Positions 38,829 to 48,670 of a stretch of 64,000 bases of DNA are shown here, piece after piece. Location of the stretch: the IMG/VR virus record IMGVR_UViG_640753059_000001; one strand, given 5' to 3'. Below the pieces are notes generated by a model. It made no database searches. It was not told the origin of the DNA and was given only the letters and a program-made list of their open reading frames with translations. This stretch comes from a virus (Duplodnaviria; Caudoviricetes). How positions within the stretch are numbered: position 1 is the stretch's first letter; each line of letters starts with the position of its first letter. The translations under genes were made by a program, and so were the position numbers.

Positions 38829-39512
38829 TTAATCGGCTCCGCGCAAACGGTGCCACTCATCGGCGGGAAGATGGAATCGATAGCGCGCCGCCCACTCGAT
38901 ATCCACGTCCTCAATGTCTCTGGCATTGGCGCTAACCAGGGTATAGAGGCCCGGCTCGGTCCCGCGCTTGAGACGCTTAATATAGGTAGGGCCGTCAACG
39001 ACCTTCACGACGCAAATTTTGCCGATCAGTTGCTCCGGCCCGGATGCGTCTCGGATATAGCCGATCAGGTCGCCATCCTCGAACATCGGCAGCATCGAAT
39101 CGCCGCGCACGATGACGCCAACGGTCCCGTGCTTTACGGGGAAGTCCACCTGCACCAGGTCAAGGCCGGCGCCCTTCTCGTGGTCATCGACGGTGTGGAC
39201 CTCTGCGCCGGCGCCGATATAGCCGACGACGCGGACTTCCTGATCTGGCTTGCGTTTCTTCGATCGATCTACGAGCGACGCGACATCCATGCTGTCAATG
39301 TGCTCGACCGGGCGCGACCGGAGATGCTCATCGTTTACCTTCAAGATAATGGCGAGCTTTTTGCGGTCGCGCTCGCCTAGTTCGCCAGGCACCCCCCGCG
39401 AAATGAACTGTTGCAGATAGGCGTGGTTGCGCCCCAGCGCGAGGGACACGGCTTTCAGGTCCGTCCCAAGGTCTGCGATGCGGTCGAGGATCAGTTGGCG
39501 GGCTGCGTCCAT
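38829..39512 (-). CDS. cI: CI-like repressor (HTH plus S24 peptidase)
   Basis: 'VSLALGRNHAYLQQF' HTH; 'VRGDSM' and 'YIKRL' catalytic motifs. Confidence 0.9.
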   Translation of the reverse strand: MDAARQLILDRIADLGTDLKAVSLALGRNHAYLQQFISRGVPGELGERDRKKLAIILKVNDEHLRSRPVEHIDSMDVASLVDRSKKRKPDQEVRVVGYIGAGAEVHTVDDHEKGAGLDLVQVDFPVKHGTVGVIVRGDSMLPMFEDGDLIGYIRDASGPEQLIGKICVVKVVDGPTYIKRLKRGTEPGLYTLVSANARDIEDVDIEWAARYRFHLPADEWHRLRGAD

Positions 39513-39522
39513 GACACCTTTA

Positions 39523-39591
39523 TAGGAAATCCCCTACGCTAGGGGCGAATAGGAAATTGCCTCTTGCGCGGTAGGCAAATTCCTATAGATT
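39523..39591 (+). promoter_or_regulatory. OR operators and pR
   Basis: TAGG-N6-CCT(A/C) at 39523, 39550, 39572; TTGCGC-16 nt-TAGATT. Confidence 0.8.
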
Positions 39592-39597
39592 GGCGGC

Positions 39598-39807
39598 ATG
39601 ATCGAGCCGAACGCATTCAAGGCCGAAATTGAGGCCTTCATCAAAAAGCACGGGATCGCCGCAACGCGCTTCGGCAAGGAAGCCGTGGGTGATCCGAAAT
39701 TTGTGTTCGACATCCGCGAGGGCCGCTCGCCCAGCTGGCGCACAGCGGAACGCGTGAAGGCGTTCATGTCGGACTTCCAGCCCGGACCGACTGAGGCATC
39801 GCAATGA
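39598..39807 (+). CDS. cro: Cro-like repressor
   Basis: Divergent from cI; 'ATRFGKEAVGDPKFVFDIREGRSP'. Confidence 0.8.
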   Translation: MIEPNAFKAEIEAFIKKHGIAATRFGKEAVGDPKFVFDIREGRSPSWRTAERVKAFMSDFQPGPTEASQ

Positions 39808-40304
39808 CAGGCTACGTATATGCGATCCGCAGCGAATGCGGACTGGTGAAGATCGGCTGGTCTTCCGACCCCATCCGCCGTCTTAGCAAGATCCAGTCCG
39901 ATACGCCTAACAGGTGCGTTCTCGTAGGGGCTTATGTCGGCGGCCGGGATCTTGAGGCAGAAATCCATGACCAGTTGCGCCCTTGGCGCGTGCGAGGGGA
40001 GTGGTTCCGTAATGACGGCGGGGTGTCCCGCATGCTTTCCTCAATGCCGCGATACATTCCGCCTGTTAAGTCAGAGGCCGCGCGTAATTCAATGGAGTAC
40101 ATCCGGAAGAACGTGCTTCAAATTTCCCAAGCGCAGATGGCTTCCATTGCACAAACATCGCAGGCCAACGTGTCGCGATGGGAGTGCGGAAAAGTTTTCC
40201 CGTATTTGAACCAACTGGAGCATATCCGGGAAGAGGCGCAGGCGCGTGGCATAGAATGGAACGATAGTCTCTTTTTCGGGGACAGATCGGAGGCGGCCCA
40301 ATGA
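39804..40304 (+). CDS. GIY-YIG (T5orf172-like) domain plus XRE HTH
   Basis: 'YVYAI...VKIGWS.DP..RL...GEWF'; 'SQANVSRWE'. Confidence 0.8.
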   Translation: MTGYVYAIRSECGLVKIGWSSDPIRRLSKIQSDTPNRCVLVGAYVGGRDLEAEIHDQLRPWRVRGEWFRNDGGVSRMLSSMPRYIPPVKSEAARNSMEYIRKNVLQISQAQMASIAQTSQANVSRWECGKVFPYLNQLEHIREEAQARGIEWNDSLFFGDRSEAAQ

Positions 40305-40447
40305 ACCGGTCGCCCCGCATCTATTTCATTCGCCCCATCGCGCTTCCCGGCCCGGTAAAGATCGGGTTTTCCGAATGCCCGCAGGCGAGGCTCGAAGTGT
40401 TGATGACGTGGTCTCCTTCCTTGGACGTGGAAGGTGCGGATTTCTGA
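40301..40447 (+). pseudogene. Truncated second T5orf172-like gene (48 aa)
   Basis: 'IYFIRP...PVKIGFSECPQARL...WSP' then early stop. Confidence 0.55.
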
Positions 40448-40511
40448 ATTCTACTCGGCGTCTGCCGACTACCGCGAACGTTTGTCAAGATGGTTGATCG
40501 GGAGATGAGAG

Positions 40512-41614
40512 ATGGGCAGCGTCAGGGCGAACCCGTGCTTTCAGGCTCTGAAAGAGGTCTGTGATGAATACGGCCTCGCCTTTGAAGTCGAAGACGGCGG
40601 GAAGCATCCGAAGCTCGTCGTGCACGCTGGCGAACACCCGCTGCGCATGACGTTCCCGAGCACCCCATCCGATGTGCGGTCGCCAATCAACAGCGCGGCC
40701 CAGCTCCGCCGGAAGATCGAAGCCGCTACCGCCCTAAACCGTGAGGCACACATGCACCATGAAGTCGTGACCGTCCTCGGTAAGGACGTGGTGAAGGTGG
40801 AATACAAGGGTTTGCGCGTCGTGACGCTGAAGCAGATCGACGCCATCCACGGGAAGCCAGAGGACGCGGCATACAAGCAGTTTGCCCGCCACGAACAGCG
40901 CTATGTCGATGGCACCGACTTCATCACGGTGAACGCCTCCGAATTCCGGAACCGTTTCCCCGAACTGATCGGGGCGCGAGGTGGCACCGCGATCAAACTC
41001 TTCACCGAGCGCGGCTACGGCAAGATCGTCAAGGGCTGGAACGACGACCTCGCGTGGTCGCTGCACGACGCGATGCAGGATGCCTACTTCGTCGTCCGTG
41101 AGATTGCCAAGGCTGTCTCGGATGGCGAGGTGACCCTTCCGGAATCCGTCTGGCGCCGCATTGGCGGTGTCGTGAAGTCCGTGACGCACAAGAGCACTGA
41201 GGATTTGCGGGCCGGGTCGAATTGGTTTTGGACGAAGTGTCCCGTCTGAGCCGCGAGCTGGACAAGGTGAAAGCCGCCCCGATTGTCCCTGCATTTGACC
41301 TCTCCGGCACGGTCACCTCGCGCGACATCATGGATATGGCCGGCATCCCCCGCGACGGGCGCGTCAGGGGCACCACTGGCGGCATCATCACCCGCGCCAT
41401 GAAGGACTATTGCCTGGGGCATGGCTTCTGCGCTCAGCGTGCTCCGGAAGCGATTGATCCTGACCGACGCTGGCGCTTTCCCCGTCAGGCGGCCTTGGAC
41501 TGGCTCACCGGCCCGACGATGGGCGGCGAGATCATCCGCAATCACATCACCCGAGCAAATGCGCGGCGCGCGGCTAAGGGCCAGCGCCAGTTCACGCTCG
41601 TTCCCACTATCTGA
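40512..41614 (+). pseudogene. HicA-like plus ORF6N antirepressor, split by a frameshift near 41210
   Basis: ORF6N motif 'RVVTLKQID.IH...LFTERGY.KIVK..NDDLAW'; -1 frame ORF 41222-41614 resembles C-terminus of KilA-N antirepressor. Confidence 0.7.
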
Positions 41615-41637
41615 CCGTCAACCACAGGAGAACCACC

Positions 41638-41934
41638 ATGTTTGCCGACACCTATACCGAGGCTTCTACGCATTCCTCCGACGTGTCCGATGCTCCGGCC
41701 GGCTTCGCCAAGGAACAGCTCAAGTCCTTCATTGAGAGGGTGGAGCGGCTTGAGGACGAGAAGAAGGCCATTGCCGAGGATATTAAGGAAGTGTTCGCGG
41801 AAGCCAAGGCCAATGGCTTTGATGTCGCCGCGCTGAAGGAAATCCTGAAGATCCGCAAGGCCGATGCCGACGAGCGGAAGGAGCATGAGGCCATCGTGGA
41901 GCTTTACGCTCAGGCCCTCGGCATCTTCCTCTGA
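41638..41934 (+). CDS. GapR-like DNA-binding protein (DUF2312)
   Basis: 'QLKSFIERVERLEDEKKAIAEDIKEVFAEAKANGFD'. Confidence 0.9.
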   Translation: MFADTYTEASTHSSDVSDAPAGFAKEQLKSFIERVERLEDEKKAIAEDIKEVFAEAKANGFDVAALKEILKIRKADADERKEHEAIVELYAQALGIFL

Positions 41935-41945
41935 GATCCTCCGGC

Positions 41946-42353
41946 ATGAGCGCGCCCATCACCATCATCCTCGCAGGTGAGCCTCGCGGAAAGGGCCGGC
42001 CACGCTTTGGCAACGGCCGATCCTACACTGACGAGAAAACTGAGAATTACGAGGCAGCGCTTCGTATTGCCGCAATGGGTGCGATGGGCGCGCGCCGACC
42101 AATTGAAGGGCCGGTAGCCGTGGACATAGAAGCCCGCGTCCCGGTGCCTGCGTCGTGGTCGCAGAAGAAGCGCCTTTCTGCTCTCGCCGGAGATGTTCTG
42201 CCGACGACAAAGCCGGACATCGACAACATCGTGAAGACATGGGACGCGCTTAACCACGTAGTGTTCAACGATGACCGCCAGATCGTGCAGGCATCAGTAC
42301 GCAAAGTGTACCACGAAAAGCCCGCTCTCATCATCACCGTTTCCGAGGTTTGA
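41946..42353 (+). CDS. rusA: RusA-like Holliday junction resolvase
   Basis: 'KPDIDNIVK..DALN...DDRQI'. Confidence 0.9.
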   Translation: MSAPITIILAGEPRGKGRPRFGNGRSYTDEKTENYEAALRIAAMGAMGARRPIEGPVAVDIEARVPVPASWSQKKRLSALAGDVLPTTKPDIDNIVKTWDALNHVVFNDDRQIVQASVRKVYHEKPALIITVSEV

Positions 42354-42355
42354 TA

Positions 42356-42877
42356 ATGAGCACCATTTACAGCGCCGAAGAAGACCGGCTTATCGCCAAG
42401 CTCTTTCATGCTGGTCTACGTGACAATGAGATCGCCAGCGAGATGCTGAAGTCCGGCTATTCCCGGACTGTGACGGCTATTCAGTGCCGGCGCTCCGACC
42501 TGAATATGCTGCGCAAGCGCGGTAGTGGCGGGCCAGGCTCGGCGTGGATCGATGCCGAGAAGGACATTGCGAAGGCCGGGCTGGATAGTGGGAAGGCTGC
42601 TTCCGAAATCGCCAAAGACCTTCGTGAAGCTGGATACATGAGGGGCAGCCATTCTGTCCGCCGCCTGCTTGAAGTTCTGCGTCTGGATGAGCCTCAAGGC
42701 GCAAGGAAGGCTGCGGAAAAGCGGATGGCGATGAAGGCAGATGAAGCGTTCCGCGCGGCCATGAAAGCCGCTCATCCCAATATCAAGGACGGCTTTGCCG
42801 CTACAGAGCCCAGCCGCTCTGTCCCGCTTCGCTCTCTTCCGGCCACTATCTTCTCTTCTACGGGGGTGATGTCGTGA
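42356..42877 (+). CDS. Tandem Myb/GcrA-like HTH protein
   Basis: Two 'Y/W..E.D...G....EIA' repeats. Confidence 0.55.
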   Translation: MSTIYSAEEDRLIAKLFHAGLRDNEIASEMLKSGYSRTVTAIQCRRSDLNMLRKRGSGGPGSAWIDAEKDIAKAGLDSGKAASEIAKDLREAGYMRGSHSVRRLLEVLRLDEPQGARKAAEKRMAMKADEAFRAAMKAAHPNIKDGFAATEPSRSVPLRSLPATIFSSTGVMS

Positions 42878-43461
42878 ACATGCACATTAACCGGGAAGAA
42901 CCTCAGAGGCAGCATCGGGAACACAAGCTGAGGCAAGAGCGTCTTGGCGGTATGGCGCGCCGGAAGGAATGGCTTCGTTTGCTCGATGAGCCCGCTGACG
43001 TTCCTGCCCCGACTCCCGCTCCCGTCCCCGTTGCAGCTATCGCGCCCGCACCTGAGCCTGAGCCGGTATCCTACCATGATCACGGCTTCGACCTTCACGT
43101 CTCCGCATGGCGCGAAGCTATGTGGGAAAAGCCGCAGGTCGATATGAGGCCGACGGTAGGCAAGATCATTGCCACGGTATGCGAGTTCTACGGCATCCCG
43201 AAGGTCGAGTTGCTTGCTCACCGCCGCCTCAAGTCATTCGCGAAAGCGCGTCAGGTTGCGATGTACCTGTCGCGGGAGCTTACGACGAAGTCTCTTCCTG
43301 TGATCGGGGCAGCAATTGGCGGCCGAGACCATACCACGATACTACACGGGGTCGGAAAGATTTCGGCGGAGATTGAGACTAACGCGCGCCTCGCCTCCGA
43401 AGTCGAAACCATCCGCCTTAAGCTGATCGGAGGCGACGATGCCGACGCCACAGGAGCTTGA
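42874..43461 (+). CDS. Protein with DnaA C-terminal DNA-binding domain
   Basis: 'ARQVAMYLSRELT.KSLP.IG..IGGRDHTTILHG'. Confidence 0.9.
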   Translation: MNMHINREEPQRQHREHKLRQERLGGMARRKEWLRLLDEPADVPAPTPAPVPVAAIAPAPEPEPVSYHDHGFDLHVSAWREAMWEKPQVDMRPTVGKIIATVCEFYGIPKVELLAHRRLKSFAKARQVAMYLSRELTTKSLPVIGAAIGGRDHTTILHGVGKISAEIETNARLASEVETIRLKLIGGDDADATGA

Positions 43462-43620
43462 GAGCGCAGCCAAAGCTATCGAGGACGCATGGCGCCTTCT
43501 GGAGCGCGGCGAGAAGCTGAAGAAGTCAGCGAAGGACTACCTCGGGCCTCGTGTCGTTGATGGCATCCGCTATCTGGAGACTGGCGCGAGGAACATGCGG
43601 ACAAAGCAAGGGCGCTCAGA

Positions 43621-44970
43621 ATGAATGCGCATATCCTCACCGGCGGCGAGGTCACCACCGGCCGGCGGAAGCCGTCGGACCTGGTGGCCGAGTACGAGAT
43701 GAAGGTGGCCAGCGTGCCGGCGGCTCTGGCCGAGTTCAACGCCGCACGGGACGCCGTGAAGATGGCGGCGACGGTCGGCGGCGAGTGGGGGCACCGCACG
43801 CTGGACACCGGGCGGCTGGACGAGCGGGACATGGTGGCGAGTTTGCTCGGCTCGGCGTGGCGCCACTGCTACCGGCTGTATGCGCTGGAGAACTTCGCAT
43901 CGGCGGCCGACAAGAAGCGCATCGAGCAGATGTTCGCGGCCCCGCCGCCATTCACCGTTGAGAACATCCGCGAGCACTTCGGCGCCTACATCAAGGACCC
44001 CTGGGGATCGATCCTGCGGGGGCTGGCCGAGCAATTCGCGGACCTGGACCCTGCGTTCAAGTCCCACGAGAAGATGAAGATCGGGGTCAAGGGCCTGCCG
44101 AAGCGGGTCATCCTGCACGGCTTCAACGGCTATTCCTCGTGCTACGGGATGGAGCGGACACGCGACATCGTCAACGCGCTGGCGGCCTATCAGGGCAAAC
44201 CGCTCCTCACCTGGCCGGAACTGGCGTTGCTGGAGAAGAACGGCGATGCGCTGAACGCCGGGGGGACATTCCCAAGCCCCTTCAACGGCCGCCATGACGA
44301 TAAGACCATCGACGTGATCGGCCGCGGCGTCTGGCTGAAGCGCTTCAAGAACGGACGCGGGCACCTGTTCTTCGGCCCCGAGGCTCTACGCGACGTGAAC
44401 CGCGCGCTGGCGGAGTTCTACGGGGAGGTCCTTCCGGATGCGGCGGAGGAGCGCCCCGCCACCCCACGCGCCAGCACCGCGGTGGCGAAGGACCTGCAGT
44501 ATTATCCGACGCCGGCGACGGTGGTGGAGCGGGTGCTGGGCGACCTATACGTCAAGCCCGGCGACCGGGTTCTTGAGCCATCCTGCGGCTGCGGACGGTT
44601 CATGGACGCGCTGCGTGCACGCGGCGCCCGCGCGCTCGGGATTGAGGTGGACCCAGGCCGGGCGGCGCAATGCCGGGCGCGTGGCCACAGCGTGCTCACG
44701 GCCAATTTTCTTGAGACCGAACCGACCGGCGACTTCGACCACGTGGTGATGAACCCGCCCTTCTACGGGCGGCACTATGCGAAGCACGTCGAGCACGCTC
44801 TCCGCTTCCTGAAGCCGGGCGGCTGGCTCACCGCCATCCTTCCTGCGACGGCCCGCTATGACCACGGGCTGCTCGAGGGCCGGTGGGACGACCTCCCGGT
44901 GGGCTCGTTCTCCGAGAGCGGCACCAACATCAACACGACCGTGCTGACCATTTGGCGGGGGCGGGAATGA
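43621..44970 (+). CDS. DUF4942-type amino (N6A/N4C) DNA methyltransferase
   Basis: 'YYPTP', 'VLEPSCGCG', 'MNPPF'. Confidence 0.85.
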   Translation: MNAHILTGGEVTTGRRKPSDLVAEYEMKVASVPAALAEFNAARDAVKMAATVGGEWGHRTLDTGRLDERDMVASLLGSAWRHCYRLYALENFASAADKKRIEQMFAAPPPFTVENIREHFGAYIKDPWGSILRGLAEQFADLDPAFKSHEKMKIGVKGLPKRVILHGFNGYSSCYGMERTRDIVNALAAYQGKPLLTWPELALLEKNGDALNAGGTFPSPFNGRHDDKTIDVIGRGVWLKRFKNGRGHLFFGPEALRDVNRALAEFYGEVLPDAAEERPATPRASTAVAKDLQYYPTPATVVERVLGDLYVKPGDRVLEPSCGCGRFMDALRARGARALGIEVDPGRAAQCRARGHSVLTANFLETEPTGDFDHVVMNPPFYGRHYAKHVEHALRFLKPGGWLTAILPATARYDHGLLEGRWDDLPVGSFSESGTNINTTVLTIWRGRE

Positions 44971-45182
44971 ACCGATCGAAACGCCCCGGTCCCCGCCACC
45001 TCTGCCCGGTCTGCGGCAGCGCCGCCGTGCACCCTCGCGGCCGTGACTTCGCCTGCGGCAGATGCGGCCACGCGGCCCGCAAGTTCCCACTCTCCACTGA
45101 TCCTGTCCCGGCCATTGAGGAATGGGACAGCCGCCCTCGCTGCGCCGGTCAGGTGCTGCCGGTCCGGAGCAACGACGAATGA
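44967..45182 (+). CDS. Small Zn-finger protein
   Basis: CPVC...CGRC; ATGA coupling on both sides. Confidence 0.55.
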   Translation: MNRSKRPGPRHLCPVCGSAAVHPRGRDFACGRCGHAARKFPLSTDPVPAIEEWDSRPRCAGQVLPVRSNDE

Positions 45183-46918
45183 AAACGCCCTTCCTGCTCG
45201 ACAACCGCATCACGGTCGTCCTGTTCGCCGGCATGGGCGGCGGGTGCGATGGGCTGGAGGAGGCCGGCTTCCACGTTCATGTTGCGATCAACCATGACCC
45301 GGTGGCTGTGGCGGTTCACGAGCGCCGGCACCCTCACACCAAGCATCTACGTTGTGACGTGTTCGAAGCGGACCCACGGGAGGTTTGCCGCGGGCGCGGC
45401 GTGCGCGCGCTCCACGCATCTCCCGACTGCACCCACTTTTCGGTGGCCAAGGGCAGCAAGCCCGTCTCGTCGAGGCGCCGGTCTCTCGCATGGGTGATCT
45501 GTCGGTGGGCGGGCACGGTGCGCCCTGAGACGATCACCCTGGAGAACGTGCAGGAGATCACCACCTGGTGTCCGCTGATCGCGAAGCGCGACCCCGCGAC
45601 CGGCCGGGTGCTTCGGCTGGATGGCACGGTGGCGGCCAAGGGCGAGCGGGTGCCGGTGCAGGAGCAATGGCTCATCCCGGATCCGAAGCACAAGGGGCGC
45701 ATCTGGCGCGCCTGGCTGAAGCACCTGCGTGGGCTCGGCTACAGCTTTGAACACCGCGTGCTGGTCTGCGCTGACTATGGCGTGCCCACGATCCGGAAGC
45801 GGCTCTTCGGTGTCGCCCAGGCCGACGGCCGACCGATCGTCTGGCCGGCGCGCACCCACGCGCCGCGCAAGGATGCCAAGCGGCTGGGCCTGAAGCCTTG
45901 GGTCGGCGCCCACACCATCATCGACTGGTCGCTGCCGGTGAAGAGCATCTTCGACCGGGCCAAGGCCCTGGCGGATGCCAGCCACCGGCGGATCGCGCAT
46001 GGCGTCGTTCGGCACGTCCTGGAGGCGGTCCAACCGTTCATCGTGCCGATTACCCACACGCAGGGCGGCAACAGCGCCCGCTCCACCTCCGAGCCTCTGT
46101 GCACCATCACCACGGCCAAGGGCGGCGAGAACATGGTGGCAGTCCCCACCCTGATCCAGAGCGGCTACGGCGAGCGGGAGGGACAGGCGCCGCGCGTCCT
46201 GGACCTGATGGAGCCTGCCGCCACGCAGGTGGGTGGCAGCAAGGCGGCGCTGGTTGCGGCGTTCCTCGCTCAACACAACGCAGGCCCCCGGCCCGGGGCT
46301 CCGGCGCGCGCTGCGATAGAGCCCGTCTCGACGATCACCACCACTGGCGCGCAGCAGTCCATCGCCGCCATCAGCCTCATGCGCCAGTTCGGGACCGGCC
46401 TTTCACGCGACGCCCGAGAGCCAGTGCCAACCATCACGGTAGAGGGGCAGACCAAGACCGGCTTGGTGGCGGCCACGCTGGGCGAGATGCGCGGGCGAAG
46501 CCGTGGTGGGCGGGACGTCCGCGAGCCGCTCGCGGCGGTCTCGGCCAAAAGCCACGCCCACCTGATCTTGCCCTTCCTTCAGCACTACTACAGTAACGGG
46601 AAGACCGATGACGACGTGCAGAGCCCGCTGGGCGCGCTCACCAGCAAGGCTCGATACGGCATCGTCGAGGTCAAGGTGCGCGGCGAGACCTTCATCATCG
46701 ACGACATCGGCACACGCATGCTGGAGCCGGAGGAGGGGGCCGCAGCCCACGGCTTCAAGCCCGGCGCCCTCCCAGACGAGGTCACCGTCGACGGCGAGAC
46801 CCGCCGCCTGACGAAGACCCAGAAATATCACCTCGTCGGCAACAGCGTGCCGCCGCGAATGATCCAGTTGCTCGCCGAATGCAACGTGCGGCGTGCCTTA
46901 GCAGAGGCCGCAGAGTGA
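45179..46918 (+). CDS. C5-cytosine DNA methyltransferase
   Basis: 'LFAGMGG', 'SPDC', 'ENV', 'RKR', 'GNSV'. Confidence 0.9.
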   Translation: MKTPFLLDNRITVVLFAGMGGGCDGLEEAGFHVHVAINHDPVAVAVHERRHPHTKHLRCDVFEADPREVCRGRGVRALHASPDCTHFSVAKGSKPVSSRRRSLAWVICRWAGTVRPETITLENVQEITTWCPLIAKRDPATGRVLRLDGTVAAKGERVPVQEQWLIPDPKHKGRIWRAWLKHLRGLGYSFEHRVLVCADYGVPTIRKRLFGVAQADGRPIVWPARTHAPRKDAKRLGLKPWVGAHTIIDWSLPVKSIFDRAKALADASHRRIAHGVVRHVLEAVQPFIVPITHTQGGNSARSTSEPLCTITTAKGGENMVAVPTLIQSGYGEREGQAPRVLDLMEPAATQVGGSKAALVAAFLAQHNAGPRPGAPARAAIEPVSTITTTGAQQSIAAISLMRQFGTGLSRDAREPVPTITVEGQTKTGLVAATLGEMRGRSRGGRDVREPLAAVSAKSHAHLILPFLQHYYSNGKTDDDVQSPLGALTSKARYGIVEVKVRGETFIIDDIGTRMLEPEEGAAAHGFKPGALPDEVTVDGETRRLTKTQKYHLVGNSVPPRMIQLLAECNVRRALAEAAE

Positions 46919-46952
46919 TATTAAAATGGAAATTACACGATATACAATATTC

Positions 46953-47597
46953 TTAAAAAGACAGCGGGCGACGCTCAATGAACGTCGTCGCTCTGATTTT
47001 ATCGACGGGGGTGCCGCTCTCAAGGAGCCGTATTCTTTTCAAGATGCTGTCTGCAATATCAAAGTAAGGGTTAAATGCATCCGGGGGGCCGTTTCGTGCC
47101 CACTGAGGATTTGTGTAGTATCCTGCTATTGCAACCAAATCCATTACCCAAGAGCCGACGGCATCTCCGTCCCCACCAAGAAGAGTATCGTTTTGCAGGA
47201 CTATAAGCTCTGGGGCAGATGTGCTTTCTATGAGGGAGCGGAAGCGCTCCCTTCTGGCTTCAGGGCGCCCGTCTTCCTGATCTCCGATGGCTTCGACGAG
47301 CTGTCGGAACAAGCGCCTGAGTTGAATGTCATAGTTCTTAAGACGTTCCACAGCATTTATGTTTTCGGAAGTGAGAATTTGCCTCTGCGCGGCGAGCCAT
47401 GCAATGCCGCCGGCTGCTATGGTCGCCGCCGCGCCAATGATTGCTCCCCAGAACCCAAGCCAGTCGCTGCGGCCATCCGCTTTGATCCAGTTAACTGGGG
47501 TGTCCCCCGCGACAAACGCTATCGAGACGCCAAGGATACCTCCGAAAATCAAGCAGGCTGCGCCCAGCACGAGCGAGTTTCGATTCTCCGTATTCAT
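46953..47597 (-). CDS. Membrane moron protein (2 TM)
   Basis: Hydrophobic N-terminal helices; lower GC; opposite strand. Confidence 0.6.
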   Translation of the reverse strand: MNTENRNSLVLGAACLIFGGILGVSIAFVAGDTPVNWIKADGRSDWLGFWGAIIGAAATIAAGGIAWLAAQRQILTSENINAVERLKNYDIQLRRLFRQLVEAIGDQEDGRPEARRERFRSLIESTSAPELIVLQNDTLLGGDGDAVGSWVMDLVAIAGYYTNPQWARNGPPDAFNPYFDIADSILKRIRLLESGTPVDKIRATTFIERRPLSF

Positions 47598-47641
47598 ATC
47601 GCAACGCTGCCCGCTCTCGCTCAAGTTGTCGAGAGGGCAGC

Positions 47642-48670
47642 ATGACCGTTGATGTCCGCTGCCTACCCTATATGCCGCTGCACATCGAACGCCTGCGCCG
47701 GTCCAAGGCGTGGCTCCGATGCAAGCGCAGGCCCGAACTTGCCTTCTACCTCATGAACCTCTGGATGCGCGCCTGGCACGAGGTGCCGGCCGGCTCGATC
47801 GAGGCCGATGACGATGTGCTCGCCGACGCTGCCATGTGCTCGCCGGAGGCATGGGAGCGGATCAAGGGCGACGTGCTGCAGGGCTGGGAGGAACGCGACG
47901 GCCGTTGGCACCACCACGTCGTCACAGAACTTGCCGCAGAAGGCTTGGAGAAGGTTGAGGCGAGCCGGCGTCGCACGGAAGCGGCGCGACAGGCACGGTC
48001 ACAGCAGCGCGCCGTGTCTGCCACTTCGAATGCGACATCGTCTGTAACAGAGAATGTGACAGAGCGTGTCGCTGACGATGTAACAGGCTCCAAAGAGAAG
48101 AAGAAGGGAAGGGAAGAGGTTTCTGATGCTGCCGCATCAGACGCGGGCGAGATACAGCCGGAGGTGGAAACTACGCCCCGGTTGCAGCCTGCATCTGTCA
48201 GCATGTCGCCGTCTCCCGCGATCCGCTCTCATGCCGATGACTTCGCGCGCTTCTGGCAGGCCTACCCCCACAAGGTCGGCAAGCAAGACGCTGAGAAGGC
48301 ATTCATTTCCGTGATGAAGCGCGGCGCCGTTCCGCTCGATCAGATGCTGGCGGCGCTCGATCGCTACGTTCGCACCAAGCCGCCCGACCGGTCTTGGTGC
48401 AACCCGGGAACGTGGCTTCGACAAGGACGATGGGACGATGAGCCAGGAACTGATCCAGCACCGAGAGGACCAATCCCGCCAGCGCCTCCGGGCTCTTCTG
48501 GACCCTCTCACCGCCTCGCCGCCGTGGCTGATTGGGTGCGTGAAAGCACTGGGGGAGGGCCTGCGCCCGAAGATCCCGAAGGCCTTCGCTTTGACGACAG
48601 AGCAGCGGGCCACCGTGATGGAGATGTCCTCCCGCTTGGCCCAGCACCTCGCGCCCGCTTCACCGGCTGA
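47642..48670 (+). CDS. Replication initiator (DUF1376/YdaU-like)
   Basis: 'LPYMPL...LW..AW', 'FWQAYP.K.GK', internal iterons. Confidence 0.8.
   Translation: MTVDVRCLPYMPLHIERLRRSKAWLRCKRRPELAFYLMNLWMRAWHEVPAGSIEADDDVLADAAMCSPEAWERIKGDVLQGWEERDGRWHHHVVTELAAEGLEKVEASRRRTEAARQARSQQRAVSATSNATSSVTENVTERVADDVTGSKEKKKGREEVSDAAASDAGEIQPEVETTPRLQPASVSMSPSPAIRSHADDFARFWQAYPHKVGKQDAEKAFISVMKRGAVPLDQMLAALDRYVRTKPPDRSWCNPGTWLRQGRWDDEPGTDPAPRGPIPPAPPGSSGPSHRLAAVADWVRESTGGGPAPEDPEGLRFDDRAAGHRDGDVLPLGPAPRARFTG
48019..48119. other. Putative replication origin: six 12-bp-spaced iterons plus purine tract
   Basis: TGCCACT/TGCGACA/TGTAACA/TGTGACA/TGTCGCT/TGTAACA at 48019+12n; then AAAGAGAAGAAGAAGGGAAGGGAAGAGG. 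Confidence 0.7.

Noticed and set aside
43621-46918. Restriction-modification system
   Set aside because: No adjacent restriction endonuclease; orphan MTases are usual in phages
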